The notes under the pieces are model-generated. The model searched no databases. It had not been told where the DNA came from and saw nothing but the letters and a program-made list of their open reading frames with translations. A DNA stretch of 64,000 nucleotides from Octopus vulgaris (taxonomy: Eukaryota), in assembly GCA_951406725.2 (NCBI GenBank), contig OX597843.1, forward strand, positions 18,972,001 through 19,036,000. Direction: 5' to 3'. Shown here one piece after another: positions 39,388-61,289 of the stretch; the stretch's first letter is position 1; every line of letters starts with the position of its first letter. Made by a program: the position numbers and the translations under genes.

Positions 39388-40158
39388 ACACTGAGCCGCT
39401 TCTTTGTGGATATAATCAGTCCATTAACAGGAAAGTCAACATCGTACGTGAAGAATTCCACGCATTTCACAGAATTGATCAAGGATACCCCCATTGAATC
39501 CAACCAGATGCTGAGTCTAGATGTGATAAGCCTGTTCACCAAAGTCCCAACTGGTGAAGAACTCTCGGTGATACAAGAAAAACTAGTGACAGACACCCAT
39601 CTAAACGAACGCACTAGTATACCAATAAGAAACTTGATGGAAATGTTGACCTTCTGTGTAGAAACTACCTACTTCAGTGTGGACACTGATATATATCGAC
39701 AAGAGGAGGGTTTAGCTATGGGTTCGCCGTTATCACTGGTAATAGCCAATATATACATGGAATACTTTGAGAGTTTGGCTTTAGGATCAACATCACTAAA
39801 ACCAACACCATGGCTACTATATGTTGATGACACCTTTATACTCTGGCCCCACCAGGAAGATGTCCAAGTGCTGTTAGATCATGTGAAGTCAATAAAGCCA
39901 TCCATAGAGTTAACAATGGAAAAGGAAACAGACAATCAGTTGGCATTCTTGGACGTATTAATAACACGCACCAAGTATGGATTCAGGACATCCGTATACC
40001 GTAAGCCGACCTTTAATGGACGATACTTCAACTTCAATTCTCCCCATCCATACAGTGTAAAGAGAGGGATTGCTCAGTGTTTAAAACATCGTGCAAAAAA
40101 TATAAGTAGCGATCGTGATAACACCAAGCTCAATAACGATCTGTTAAGCAACAACTAA
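39388..40158 (+). mobile_element. Penelope/Poseidon-type RT fragment
   Basis: SLDVISLFTKVP, GLAMGSPLSLVIANIYME, YVDDTF, FLDVLI, VYRKPT, SPHPYSVKRG. No endonuclease is present. Confidence 0.9.
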
Positions 40159-40713
40159 GGAACATGCTCAAGTGATTAAGGCCAAACAACTAACAAGCAA
40201 ATCTGTGGTATTGAGCAGAATATTTGCTGAAGCCCATCTTTTATACCAAGACAAAACAATGTACATGATAAAATTTCCAATCGGTTAAGTTCAGGAGTCA
40301 TGAGGGCCACTGTCTGGTACTGCATCAAGGCATTTATTATTATTATCATCATTATTATTATTATTATTATTATTATTGGAATTTTTTTCCGGCTAAACTT
40401 TTCACTCACTTCTTCACAGTAAAACTACGTCATTTAATGCAATCGTTAATGTGATATTCCCTCCAGTTTCATATTAAAGAAATGCTTAGGCAGGGTTATG
40501 TATCTAATTGCATCACACACACAGGCACACACACACGCACACACTCACAAACGTACACATCAACCCTCCTCCCCTTCTTTCCCCTCTCTCTCTCTTCCAT
40601 CACTCCCTCTCCCCCTATCTCAATGTAGGTCTTCCACTTCCACCGCCAATCATCATAAACTGCTGACTGAAACATTTCAAATCGAAATTATATAATTAGA
40701 AATACAGATGCCA

Positions 40714-40783
<70 letters not shown>

Positions 40784-40784
40784 C

Positions 40785-40835
<51 letters not shown>

Positions 40836-40856
40836 CCTACCTATCTATCTATCTAC

Positions 40857-41088
<232 letters not shown>

Positions 41089-41141
41089 GCATAAATGTGT
41101 GTATTTGTGTGTATGTGTGTATAGATATGTGTATGTATAAG

Positions 41142-41172
<31 letters not shown>

Positions 41173-41730
41173 GCATGTATATATATATATGTATATAGTT
41201 ACATTGAGATATATATACATATATACACGCACGCACACACACACATCCTAACCCTAACTCAACCCATATACATTGTTTTCATCCCTAGTACTTATTATTT
41301 TAGTGTCGTTTACCGAGACGCCAAGTTAAAGGGACATAAACACACCAGTACCGGTTGTGAAGCTTTGCTAGGTGACAAATACAGAAATTTTGCAAGAAGG
41401 ACAGCAATTTTGAATGAGGGGATGAAACGATTACTTCGACCCCAGTGTTCAACTGGTACTTATTTTATCGACTCCGAAAAGATGAAAAGCGAAGTTTACT
41501 TTGGCGGAATTTGAACTCAGAGCGTCAGCTCCAGACGAAATACATCGAAGCACCCTGGACGTAATGATTCGCTGTATTTCGTCTGCAAAGACGTTCTGAA
41601 GTCAAATCCCAACCAGGTTAACTTCCATCGGGGTCGATAAAATAAGTACGAGAAAAAACATTAGGGTGGATGTAATCCACTCAGCCCCCACCCCTAGAAT
41701 TGCTGACCTTTTTTTGGCAAAATTTGAAAC

Positions 41731-41776
<46 letters not shown>

Positions 41777-41912
41777 TTGAAATTTTTTCCGGCTAAACTT
41801 TTCACTCACCGCTTTACAGTTAAATTGTCATTTAATATAATCGTTAATCTGATATTCACTTCAGTTTTATATTAAAGAAATGCTAAGGCAGATTTATGTA
41901 TCTAATTGGATA

Positions 41913-41944
<32 letters not shown>

Positions 41945-42849
41945 ACACACACACACAAACACGCACAAAGCCCTTCTTCTCTCCCTTTCATACCTCTCTC
42001 TCTCTCTCGTTCTCTCTTTCTTCCACTTTCTCTCCACCTCTCATTTTAACACTTCCAAAACCACCGCATATCTTCTTTAACTGCTAATTCAAACTTTTCA
42101 TTTCGAATTTTATAGACCCATGTCTATATCTATCTCTCTATATATATATAAATAAACACTCGCTCACTTTACAAAGGCGAAACCACATCTTGGGTAAGTT
42201 ACGGTTTTTATTATATTATATCGAAATTTATTGACAATTGTGTAGCCACCTCAACAGCATTTAGCTTGGGGTAAAAGCGGCCTCTACCGTCAAGGCCTCA
42301 TAAATTTGTGTCCCCGAATTACATAACTGTTCTTTTATACATTTATATTTACTTCAGTAACTTCCTGTCAGCCCTTTAGCATTAAAACTGACCAGGTCAG
42401 ACCCAAATATTCTCCCTGTTTTGTGTTGAAACTAACCAGATCAGGCCTCTCACACCCACCATGCAAAGTCATTTTGAAAGGTAAAAGTCACATCATCAAA
42501 ATCTCAAAACCCACATGATAATGTAAGATTAATCTTTTTCATTTGACTGCAGTCATGCTAGGCACCGCCTTTAAGGGTTTTACCCAAACAAATCGACCCA
42601 AGGACATATTTTTAATGTCTACTACATATTCTGTTGGTTCATTTGCCGAACCGCTAAGTTACAGGGGACAGAAACACACTCATACCAGTTGTCAACCGGT
42701 GGTGGGAGACAAACACAGACACATGCGCGCACACATCTTGATAGATATTTATATAGATATATAGATACAGATATATAATCGCCAGACTTTCACTTGATAT
42801 AATCGATCCCTACCACATCTGAACGTAAATTTTGAAATAAATCCAGTTT

Positions 42850-44400
42850 CTTGAAAGTGAGGCGGATAGACGTATCATGTCAATTATCCATTGTCAGGGA
42901 ACTTTTCGGGTCTAGGGACCTTGTTTTGACTTATGTATCTATGCACGCTGTAGTTACTCTCAATAGATGCACACGACAAGGTCCACTACGTACTGGCTCT
43001 CGAGCCATTGCTCCCGAAGTTGGAGGTTTCAAGAGTCATCCCGAATGTCTTAGAACGCGGAATGTTCGTATCAGCTAACAGGGACTACATCACCATAATA
43101 CTGTCCACGAAGCGGTGACAGGAGCAAAGATTATCCAAGAGAAATCGGTAGGCCTGCAGCTCGGCAGATGGAGAGGCAGATCCATACCAACCGACAGTTT
43201 GTAGGGCACTGGACGGAAAGACAGGTTAAACTGCTTGGGGTCTGGTTTGGTCAAGACCTCCAGGTTGTTGTTATTTGTTCCTTCACGAGCCATGCTTGGC
43301 TCATAAGGGCCGGTTTCCCGGTTTCTTGGCATATAGGTTCCCCACCTGGACGGGACGCCGGTCCGTCGCAGTTGAGCTGCAAGATGCAGGAGGAAAGAGT
43401 GAGAGAAAGTTGTGGCGAAAGAGTCTCGTGAAGCTTAGGTGTTTCACTCATAAACACACACATCGCCCAGTCTGAGATTCGAACCCGCGAGTCCGCTGCT
43501 CTAACCACTAGGCCATGTGCCTCCCAGACCTCCAGGTGGACAACAACTGGTGTGAGGTGACGTGCAGAGTAGTCAATCTCACCCAGAAATGGGCAGAGAG
43601 GAAGCTGTTCGTGAAGGGTCGGGTGGAGGTGGCGAATGCGTTCATCGCTTCCCTCATCTAAGACAGCCTGAATGTAGTCCCATGCCCGATAAAGTTAGAG
43701 CATTTGTTATTCCGCTTTCTAAAGAAGGGACGTGTTCCGCTCATCAGACGGTCCATCTGCTGTCAACAACCTCTCAGTGGAGTACTGGACATGCCGTTGC
43801 TAATGATTCGCAGACATGCGCTGAGACTGCGACATCTCCTGCATTTCTTTAACGGTGAGCATGGGGGATTGACTGTTTCTGAAACGGGACTTTCCGCAGG
43901 TCGACACATTGATGAAGTTACAGTACTGAGTCAAGCGTTGGCCAAGAAAGGGCTCTTGGCACCTGGAGTGTCGGCAAGCTTTCACAGCTTTCTGCCAGTC
44001 GGGCAACGCAGGCGTTGCAAGTCCACCATGGATTTCTATAGGGGATTAGTAGAGGGGAAAGAACAACGACGAAATCGGGGTAAATTCTGGGCGTAGGTGG
44101 AGGGTATCAACTAACTGGACTTTAACTTACAGAAATCCCTGGCCTGGCAGTGCTACCGGGGAGCTCTGCCCGTTCAAGACAAGCTCTACAGATACGAAGG
44201 TGTTGTCGGGCGGATATGTCGGGGGTATGCGCAGACCGATGAAATAGTCCTGCATGCACTCGTCCGTCCAGTTTACGAGCCGAGTTCATTGTAAAGATCG
44301 CCCCGCCACCTTCTTTAGGCCGGGAAGGAAAAGCAGTTTCTTCTGCCCGGTGGCTAAAGAAGTAGTGTGGTGGACGAGACTGAAAACATTGAAGACTAAA
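42850..44400 (+). mobile_element. Tx1/L1-like LINE relic (RT to C-terminus), interrupted by a SINE
   Basis: TGAKIIQEKSVGLQLGRWRG...VKLLGVWFGQDLQV, LFRFLKKGRVPLIRRSICCQQPLSGVLDMP. Heavily decayed. Confidence 0.7.
43266..43525 (-). mobile_element. tRNA-derived SINE with a 12-bp target-site duplication
   Basis: agacctccaggt at 43254-43265 and 43526-43537. Head gggaggcacatggcctagtggttagagc...gggttcgaatc, (AAC)-type tail. Confidence 0.9.
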
Positions 44401-44532
44401 CCTCCTTCACAATAACATTATGTCATTTAATATTACCGTTTAATATTATCATTAATATTCACTTCAGTTTTATATTAAAGAACCACTTAGGCATGGTTAT
44501 GTATCTCAGTGCATCACACACAAACACACACA

Positions 44533-44593
<61 letters not shown>

Positions 44594-45299
44594 AGATACT
44601 GGCAGATAATTAGCTTTATAATTTCAATTTATTTTTATCTTTCACTTTTTGCGGAAGGCATCCTGAATACTGGAGACTATCTGAGATACAAATACATTAA
44701 ACAGTTTAGGAGGCCACTGCATGTCTTCCTCTCCCTCTTCCCATCACTCCTATCAAAATAGGACATCAAGCTATTGAAGGTTTGGGTACAGATGAGCTGT
44801 TGAAGTTTGGAATATAATTATGTGTCAATTATTATAATCGTTAAGTGGTGTTCACTTCCGTTTTATATCAAAGCAATACTTAGGCGGAGTTATATATCTC
44901 AGTGCTTCACAAACACACACACACACACACACACCAGGACATATACACTTGAAGACCCTTCACACCACAAAATCCTCGCCTGTCATCCTTCATTCGTGTA
45001 AAATATTGCTACTTTGATAACGAAAATTATTTTCCCATAACTTTAAAGCTGCTAAAACCTTTAATTCCTCTTCAGAAATGTTATAATTTCTCTATCATAT
45101 ACTTTATTTTACGAACGTATTTTTCTGAAACGAACTATTGTTAAACGAATTTGTATCGTTTGTTTCCATTTCAATCATTATATATATCATTTAAATTGTT
45201 ATCGTTATTGATAACGTGATTTTCTGAAGTGACACTATCGTTAAATGAATCTATCGTCTGCTCACAGGAAAGATTTGGCTGCTATTTCTAGCACATCCA

Positions 45300-45990
45300 G
45301 CTTAAACTTCAGAGAGATTCTTCGTGAAGAGAATGGTGGATGATAATGTGAACACTGGAGGGTCTAACAAAGAATTTAGAAATGTACTTCATTTTAATGT
45401 TGACTTTAGACGTTGTATTTGGGAAGAGATCGATGATCAATAGTTATCGAGCAAAAGTGAGATGATTCTAAAACATGAAAAATCTGTCGTCTGTTCGTAT
45501 AACAATATTTTGATCATTTCCGGTTAATGTCGCTTTTAAACGATTTTTCTCAAATATTTTTTGTTTCTTCCTTTGGTTCTGACGTTATTTCTTTCATACG
45601 AAAGTTTCTTGAGAGTATTGCTTTTGCTCTGCCCCTCCACTGTTCATAAGTGTTGGCTAGGTTTTCCTTGTTTAGGGCTCTGAAATATGCTTGTTTTCTT
45701 TTATTTAATATCTTAATCCGGATGTTTTTCATTTGATTTCTCTTTTTGTATGTCTCCTTTTCCAAGCTGAGTTCATTCAATTCTTTTAGTACGTTTTGTG
45801 TGATTGAATTTAGGTTGTGGATATCCGTTTCTGGAGTTCTTGTTTGTTTCTCATTTTGTTGTTGGTATGTAAGAAGGGAATAAAGTGTTTCTATGTAGAT
45901 TTTCCTCTTTTGTGCCATTTCATGGAAGGCATTCATTTTTTTATCATGGTCGAAAGTTTTTGAAATTTCTTCTAATAATATTTCAGATTT
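45300..45990 (-). mobile_element. Unclassified decayed ORF, probably retroelement-derived
   Basis: About 150 non-repetitive codons (KILNKRKQAYFRALNKENLANTYEQWRG...) with no splice signals, bounded by microsatellite. Family not determined. Confidence 0.35.
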
Positions 45991-46039
45991 CAGTGATTTG
46001 GCACACACACACACACACACAAATGTGCATGAATGTATA

Positions 46040-46121
<82 letters not shown>

Positions 46122-46122
46122 G

Positions 46123-46168
<46 letters not shown>

Positions 46169-46703
46169 GTACATGAATACATACATATATATCATTCTGA
46201 TAACTGTGTGTGCGTGTATATACATACACACACTTAGATTATTTCAAGTTAATTTCAGTTACGCAGATGCACACAGTCTCATACAGTTACGCATATACAC
46301 ACACACATACACACACATACATATACACACACGCACACACACACACACACGCGCGCACCAGCAGACAGTGACATAGTTTCCATTTCTCCATTTCCGCTAG
46401 AATGCTAATGCCGGGGAAGAAGGAAGGTATATCGAGTAAGTGAAGGGGATTGACACGTATCAATCCCACCAAATGCTTAGAACGGGGTTACGTAAATAAT
46501 AGCATCACACACACACATACACACACATACACACACACACACAAAACTCTCTTCCTCCTCTTTCTCCGTCTCTCTCTCTCTCTCTTTCTATCACTTCCTT
46601 TCCCCTCTCTCATCTACACTCTTCCACTATCACCGCCCATCTTTGACTGCTAACACAAACTTTTCATATCGCATTCATATAATGAGAAATAAAGACGCCA
46701 ATC

Positions 46704-46758
<55 letters not shown>

Positions 46759-46825
46759 GCATTATTGTGTGCGTTGTGTTCCGCTACTTCAATGAAAAAA
46801 TGTATGGTAAATAAATAAATGACTC

Positions 46826-46889
<64 letters not shown>

Positions 46890-47913
46890 CGCACATATAT
46901 ATATAATCATTCACTAACTCTTACGAACAGAGGCGAAACGACTTCTCTGGTAAGTTACGGTTTTCATTATATTATATCGGCCATCTATTGGCCATTGTCT
47001 AGCCTCCTCAACGGCATTTAGGGTGGGATAAAAAGGGTCTCCACTGTTAAGACTTCATAATTTTGTATCCCCAAATTACCTAATATGTTTTTTTTATGCT
47101 TTTATTTTTACTTCAGTAATTTTCAGTTAACCCATTAGCATTGGCACTGGCCACGTCTGGCCCAGATATTCTTCCTGTTTTCTGTTGAAACTGAACAGAT
47201 CAGCGCTTTCACAACCACCATGCAAAGTTATTCTAAAAGTAAGCAATCACATAATCAAAATCTCAAAGCTAGAAGATAACGTATGATTAATTGAAATCGA
47301 TGTGAATAAATAAGTAATTCCTTTGAATGTTAAAGGAGTAATGTCAACACAAGTATTAGAAACTAGTACACTTATGAAACAGAAATTTCATCTCAAATTA
47401 CAACAAGTGGGGTCTTTCTTTAACGACACATTTAAGGTACAGGGGAGTGGTTAAGAATGTTAGTAGTACAAAAAATTGGGTCGGTATTTTTCTTAGTAGT
47501 TGAGTTTTGTTAAGTGTTGTTTGAGGCCGAGAAGGGTCAAATGATAGTAGAGGCGGTTAAATTGCAAAAATTTGAAGAAATTTGTGATGTGTGTTGGTGA
47601 GATTTAGGAGTCTGAGAGGAGGATGAAAAAGCGATTGATCATAATACTCGGAATAAATTTGGAATGCGTGTTATATATATTTATATTTCTGTGGGTATCT
47701 ATATATATGTTAACTACTTTATGTTATTAATACTGTGTATTAATGTAGGAGTTTATATTTTTATATATGTGCGTATATGTGTGTGTGTTTGCATGTATGT
47801 ATGTAAGCACTTGTTTGTATATATTATGTATTTGTAAATGCAAGTTTGGATATTTCAGATTTATTGCATATGCTCATATATATATATATATATATACATA
47901 TATGCACACATAG

Positions 47914-47946
<33 letters not shown>

Positions 47947-47949
47947 AGC

Positions 47950-49870
47950 TATTTGGAAAGTGTTGACTTGTCGATTGTCAGGTTGACTCTAGTTTTACAT
48001 TACAGCTTTGATGGGCCTCGGGGCTTGCTATAGGATTATTTAGAATTAGTGAAGTGCATGAATGTCGGGCAGTATTTATGCTTAAATGAATAAATAACGT
48101 CAGAGAATTTAACAGCGAGGAGTTGTGGAGGCGAAGAATAGTTAATGGCCCTTTTATACATAATATACATTTACCTATATTTGTGTTGTAGAGGGGAGCT
48201 TCACATACCATGGACCACGATAGAGCGTATTGGACATTGTTTTGAATTGAGGTTGTATATGTGTATTGCTAAAGATTGAAATAGTTTATATTTGGGATTA
48301 ATGAAAGAATACATATGAGCACGACAACGGCATTCAAAATCCTCAGTGCCACAAATATACACCCTTGCCTGGTGGGTGCATGGAGTCATCACGTGGCACT
48401 TATAGATTACGCTTTTGAGGAGACAGGAGCCTGCATACCGTATATTTCAGAAGCGCGACAGTTGCAAGTGGTTGGGGTTTACTATTAGTAATGTTGATGT
48501 TGGTTGGTTTGTTGTTAGTGGGGAGAATCTAAATTAGGATTTATATTAGTATCGGATTGGGAGGTTGTAATGGAACTAATATTTGTCGTCTCGTAGATAG
48601 GGTTTGAGGTGGCTTATTGAGGTTTGTATTATTGTATTGTCAAAGCTAGCTTGGGATGCAGTGCAAGAGTTTGGATTCTTAAAGGACTGTTGTTGGAGTT
48701 CATGGTTTTTCGAGGAGGCTATTATATAGTTATATGTATAACTATAGTTAGGTGCAGTACAATAGGAGATCTTCACTGATGATTTGTTAAAGATAGGATA
48801 AGATATTTATGTTGTGGACAAAAATTAGATTTTATAATTTTGAAAAATAATTTTGCAAGAGATTTAACTTGGTGCGAGAACGGTGATAAAAACCATAGGA
48901 GTTCCGGTTTCCTAGCCTTTGATTGTTTACAATGTGTGAATGAAGTTCGCTGATTCGAAAATGGAGGTTTGTAGTTGTTATAGGCTCGAGGTGGCCAACG
49001 ATGCGAAGGAGTTAAGGTTAGTTTTTTTGTGCAGTTGCTGGATTTGTGTCAAGTTGAAGTAATGGCCTTTGAATCAGTGGAAGAGATTTGCTATTTCAGT
49101 TTTAAGCTTCGTGTTATTTATATAATAGGTATTTCGAAAAATTCTATTCATTTTGAGGGCCTGATTATAATGATAGACATGTAACTACGCTATAAGGGGA
49201 TAAGTTTTGGATGATTAGAGCGGACATTTAAGTATTGTAAAGATTGGTTGGGTTTATAGAAAGAACGGTATAAGTTAGTGTTTAAGTAAAAGAGTAAGGT
49301 CCAAAAAATTTGTTTCAATTTCGAATGAAATACTTAGGATGAAGATTTTGAAGAGTTTGCGTAGGGCTGTCCTTGTGTGCTCTACTGAAGGTTCAGTTAA
49401 TCCAGTTACTCGAAGAATTTGCATCATCCCTGTATAGTCTACCGGTTAAGTTAGGGAAGCATTGTTTAATCTGGGAGATGAGGAACAAGCCCACAAGGTA
49501 TGTGCGTGGGCGGAGTCCGATGAGTCCATTGTTATATAGAAGTAATCTATAGATTCGTTGTGCGTTCAATAATTACACTTAGATTAAATTAAAGTTTTCT
49601 TCATTGCCAGAGTGATATTCATATCCGATCTGCGGATGGTAGCATAATTTCGGGCAAATATTAAGGTTTTATCCAAAAGTATTTGTGATATTGACGGGTA
49701 ATCATTTGATACTGTTTTATAATTTAGAGTTGAGGAAATATGTATGATATTTGAATTGGACGGGTAGATGTCTACACTTTATTGTTAACAGGACACCTGA
49801 AGAAGGCTGGAGAATACCTCAGCCGAAACGTTGTAGTAACAACTAACAAGATGAGGACACCTGTCTGTCG
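47950..49870 (-). mobile_element. Highly decayed Penelope-like element (GIY-YIG region recognisable)
   Basis: Minus-strand fragments WFLSPFS, KISYCTAPN, CLLKSVIYKCHV, VYICGTE, APLYNTNIGKCILCIK...LLNS. Confidence 0.65.
49782..49843 (+). ncRNA. Minimal hammerhead-like motif at the end of the PLE relic
   Basis: CTGAAGA a ggctg gagaatacct cagcc GAAAC gtt GTA. Stem I is imperfect. Confidence 0.5.
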
Positions 49871-49889
49871 ATTGTAAATATTCTTTTCT

Positions 49890-50090
49890 ACTCTAGTCAC
49901 AAAGCCCTAAATTTTGGGGTAGGGCCCAGTTGATTAAATAGACCCCACTAGTCAACGGGTACTTAATGTTTCAAACCCGAAAGGATGAAAGGTAAAGTCG
50001 AAATCGGCAAAATTTTAAACTCAGAACGTAAAAACAGAACGCTAAGCATTTTGCCCTGCGTGCTAACGTTTCTGCCAACTCGGCGCCTTG
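49890..50090 (-). mobile_element. SINE family C
   Basis: Reverse complement of 15232-15420-like sequence (aaaggatgaaaggtaaagtcga...tttaaactcagaacgtaaa). Confidence 0.7.
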
Positions 50091-51202
50091 TCCATTGTAA
50101 ATATTGCAATAATTTGACATGTCAAACTGAAGGAAATTAGTGCGTTTATGGTGGAGAGAGGGAAACCAAAAATAACGTCTCATGTGCAATTCCATAGCGG
50201 GAGCTCAACGTTATTCCTGACACGGTGTATAATACGGTCAATAATGTATTAACAAATTCGACCTAAGTCGGATTTTCTGGGGCAAATGAGTTGTGTACAT
50301 GACTGTTACTTTGTTGAAAGTTGCATACATATTCACATATATGTGAATATGTATACATATATGTGTACATATGTATACATATATGTGAATATGTATACAA
50401 CCTTCAACAAACAGTCATGTACACAACTTGGACGGACACATGCCAGTACACGGACATACGTTCACATACACATACACATGTACACACTCTCACAGACACG
50501 TCTGCCCATTCTCCTAGACACTCACATACATACGTAGCACATGAGTACAAACATACATACATACCTACGTATGGGCATACACACGTACATACGCACGTAC
50601 ATGTACGCACACACATACATGGGCACATGCATACGAGCGCGTATACATACATACGCACATGCGTACGTATGTACATACACACACACATACATACATACAT
50701 ACATACATACATACATACATACATACATACATACATACATACGCACATACATACATACATACGCACAATAGTAAAATAAAAGTTCTGTGATATAGAGATA
50801 AATATATGATAATAGGTTTTAGGGTATAGTTCTGGGAGTGAGGGTTGTAAATCACTTCCTGGCTTCGGCGGGGCGGTGAGTTGAAATTTGATATTATTGT
50901 GATGAGTGGTCACTCTACATCTATCCATCACTACAGGTTTATAGCTTTATGTTTATAGTGTGTATGTGCGTGCATACACACACACATACATACATACATT
51001 CATACATACATACATACATACATACATACATACATACATACATACATACATACATACATGCATACACAGGCGTATGTATGTACATGCATACATACATGCA
51101 TACACATATACATGCATACATATGTGTATGCATACATACACACATACATACGTACATATATATGACGAACTAAATGTTACTTTCTCAGATGCAGCACGGA
51201 TT

Positions 51203-51252
51203 TTTGTCAGTGAAGAGGTCGCGGATTTTAGCGACGAAAATATTTTGACAAA
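51203..51252 (+). ncRNA. Degenerate hammerhead-like motif in a probable solo pLTR
   Basis: tttgtca GTGAAGA g gtcgc ggatttta gcgac GAAA atatt t tgacaaa. Stems I and II are intact but the core C3 is mutated. Confidence 0.45.
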
Positions 51253-51329
51253 TTAAACTTAAATGTTGAAGTGAATCGAACGGCTTTTGTGTGTTTCTTA
51301 AATGGCTTATAAACACCTTCCACGCTGCA

Positions 51330-51405
<76 letters not shown>

Positions 51406-51408
51406 AAC

Positions 51409-54400
51409 AAATCACCAAAACAATTAAAACCATCCACTCTCGCCTCAACATTTTTGCTTAATGCCCAAGGCATCAGCCCTTCCACCAATACCCAAAAATG
51501 GAAGATATAATTCCTGGAGGACTGGGTCGATGCCCATCCAAACCACATCCCTTTCTTCGTCCTCACTGAAACCCATCTTAGTAACCTTCACTTGGAAGCC
51601 GAGGTGAAAGTTAAAAATTTCAAAGCCATTCGTGCTGATCGTGCTGGCAGAAGAAAGGGTGGGACTGCCATTTATGTTCATGATTCATTCTCAACAGAAG
51701 CTATGAACATATTTTCCAATGGATACTGCGAAGCAGTCGCTATATTCAGTCAAACCAACAACTTAACAGTAGTTGGGCTCTACAGACCACCCCAAACGCC
51801 CCTACCATGCTTCAAGGAATGCCTCAACAACATAAAGTGTTTCATTCAGCAGTGTCAACCTGACATCTTAATGATGGGGTGACTTCAACCTCCCCGGGGT
51901 TGATTGGTCTACAAACAGTCTGCCGCCAGGTTCTTATGTCTCAACCTCTGACAGGGAGGCAGCGGAATCGCTTCTTGGCTTCATGGATGATTTCTTCCTG
52001 TCCCAACTGGTGCTCGAACCAACGAGATGTCATAAAAACGTCTTAGACTTAATTTTCAGCAATCACACTGATACTATCCACAATATTGCAGTGGAGAAAA
52101 CCCTACTCTCCGACCATGACATGGTTCTCTGTGATCTGAGATTTCACCGGCCAAAATGCAAAACAAATGTCATCCCTCCTGTCCATCCATTTGACACTAT
52201 GGATTTCCACAATGCAAACTGGGAAGCGATCAATAATGATCTTGCACAAGTCGATTGGTCCTTCACGCACACATACACACCCACTAACATCAAAAAGTCC
52301 TGGCAGTCATTTGTAGACACCATTACGAACATATGTGCAAAACACACCCCATTAAGATCTGCAAACACATCTAAGTGTCGAATCCCTAGAAATAGAATAT
52401 CTCTCATCAGGAAAATTAAAAGAATTAACAAACAAATCAACAAGCTGAAATACTGTCAACAGCAACGCACCAACCTGACTGCCATCTCGTCGCTTGAGAT
52501 TAAAAAACATAAACTCCAAAACAACATGATGTCTATCATCAATAGTCAGCGAAGAGCTGAAGAGGCCTGGGCCATTGAGAAGATCAAACTCAATCCCAAA
52601 GTGTTCTTTTCATTTTCAAAAAAACACAGAGTCACTGGTTCTACTGTTGGCCCTCTGATTGATGAAAATGGTACTCTTCAAGACAATGCCAAAACAATCG
52701 GAGAGATATTGCAGAAACAATATTGCTCTGTTTTCAGCAATCCTGATATGACTGATCTGGGCTGTATCAGTGATGTTACCCCCCAATTCACTTTATCGGA
52801 CATAACTTTGGCGCTCCTGATGTCTTAGCAGCAATGAAGGAAATGAAACATAATTCAGCAGTAGGTCCAGTTAGGTTCCCTGCTTGTGTCTTGAAGATGT
52901 GTCAAAACCAACTTGCACACCCTCTAGCCAATCTGTGGCGGAACTCACTGGATACTGGATATATACCAGAAGACCTTCTATTCCAGTCTCTTGTCCCAGT
53001 TTTCAAAAAAGGAAACAAATCGCTTGCCGTGAATTACCGTCCAATCTCACTCACCTCTCATATCATTAAAGTATTTGAGAGAGTGCTGCGATCGCGTATG
53101 ACTCACTTCCTTGAGAGTGAGTCATACTGCATCATTTTGATGACATTTTGAGAGCCTTGGGAGAAGGTTCCAACACTGATGTCATCTACCTTGATTTCAG
53201 CAAGGCCTTTGACAGGGTTGATCATAAGATCCTTCTGAGAAAGCTGTCCAATATTGGTGTCACTGGAAAGCTGCTGCAGTGGATCAAGTGCTTCCTGTCT
53301 AACAGAACCCAACATGTTGTAGTCGAAGGAGTCAAATCTAGCCCAGCCAAAGTCAGCAGTGGTGTCCCAAAAGGCACTGTGTTGGGCCCACTTCTCTTCA
53401 TCATCTACATAAAAGATATTACTGACACCATCGAACACAGTAACATCAGAACCTTCGCTAATGATTCCAAGCTCCAGAAGGTCATCAATGGCGTGGATGA
53501 CCGAATAAGCCTTCAGTCAGACCTACTGACTGTTGTCCAATGGGCGGAAAAGAACATGTTGCTAAACGAAGACAAATTCGAACTGATCCATTTTGGAAGG
53601 GAGGACGCTCTGAAACTCCCATACTCCCTTCCTTCTGGAGAAATTCTCATGGCGTCCAACAACATCAGAGACTTGGGAGTAACAGTGGACAACAACATTA
53701 GCTTGGCTACACATATAAGCAGCAAAGTTGACATGGCCCGCAGAATGTGTTCCTGGATCCTCAGAACTTTCCAGTCGAGAGATTCCCACACTATTATCCT
53801 TCTCTTCTCCACTTTTGCCCGACCTCACCTTGAATACTGCTGTCCACTGTGGTCTCCCTACACAAAACAAAATATTATGAGAATTGAAGCTCCCCAAAGG
53901 TCAATCACAAAAAGGATAGATGGCATGTCAGACCTTGACTACTGGGGTAGACTAGAGAAGCTGAAACTGTATTCACCCCAACGACGCCGTGAACGCTACA
54001 TTATCTGTATGATGTGGAAAATATTCCATCAGCACTGTCCGAATGATGTTGGCATCACCTTCAAAATACATCCAAGGCTTTGACCACGTGCCCTCCGTCC
54101 ACAACAAAAATCCAAATCGCATCACATAACGACAATACGGCACAATTATTTCATCTCAATTGGACGCGCTCTCTTCAGCATTACACCAGGACAGGTCAAA
54201 ACAGAGACTGACCACACTAAATTCAAGAAGTCTTTGGACAACTTCCTTCAAACAGTCTCGGACAAACCACCCACACCCGGATATATCTCCGCAAACAATA
54301 ACTCTCTGCTCCAATGGGCCTCGGTGCCCAAATCCTGAGTTGAAAGACTTCGCCAGGTGGTGCTATTAAGTTAGACATGACCTGGGTCAATACTGGCCAA

Positions 54401-54415
54401 AACCTTTCTAAGTTA
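51409..54415 (+). mobile_element. CR1-like LINE ORF2 (endonuclease and RT) with frameshifts and an internal deletion
   Basis: LTETHL, RADR..KGGTAIYV, GLYRPP, GDFN, SDHDMV, NYRPISLTSH, YLDFSKAFDRVDH, GVPKGTVLGPLLF, RRRERY. Confidence 0.92.
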
Positions 54416-54429
54416 TTTTAAGTCATATA

Positions 54430-54511
<82 letters not shown>

Positions 54512-54559
54512 TATGTATATATATATATATATATGTATATATCTATATATATATGTATA

Positions 54560-61200
<6,641 letters not shown>

Positions 61201-61254
61201 AATTGTATATATGTATATTCAGTGAAGTCTATTCACTGATTATCAAAATAAGAA

Positions 61255-61287
<33 letters not shown>

Positions 61288-61289
61288 CT

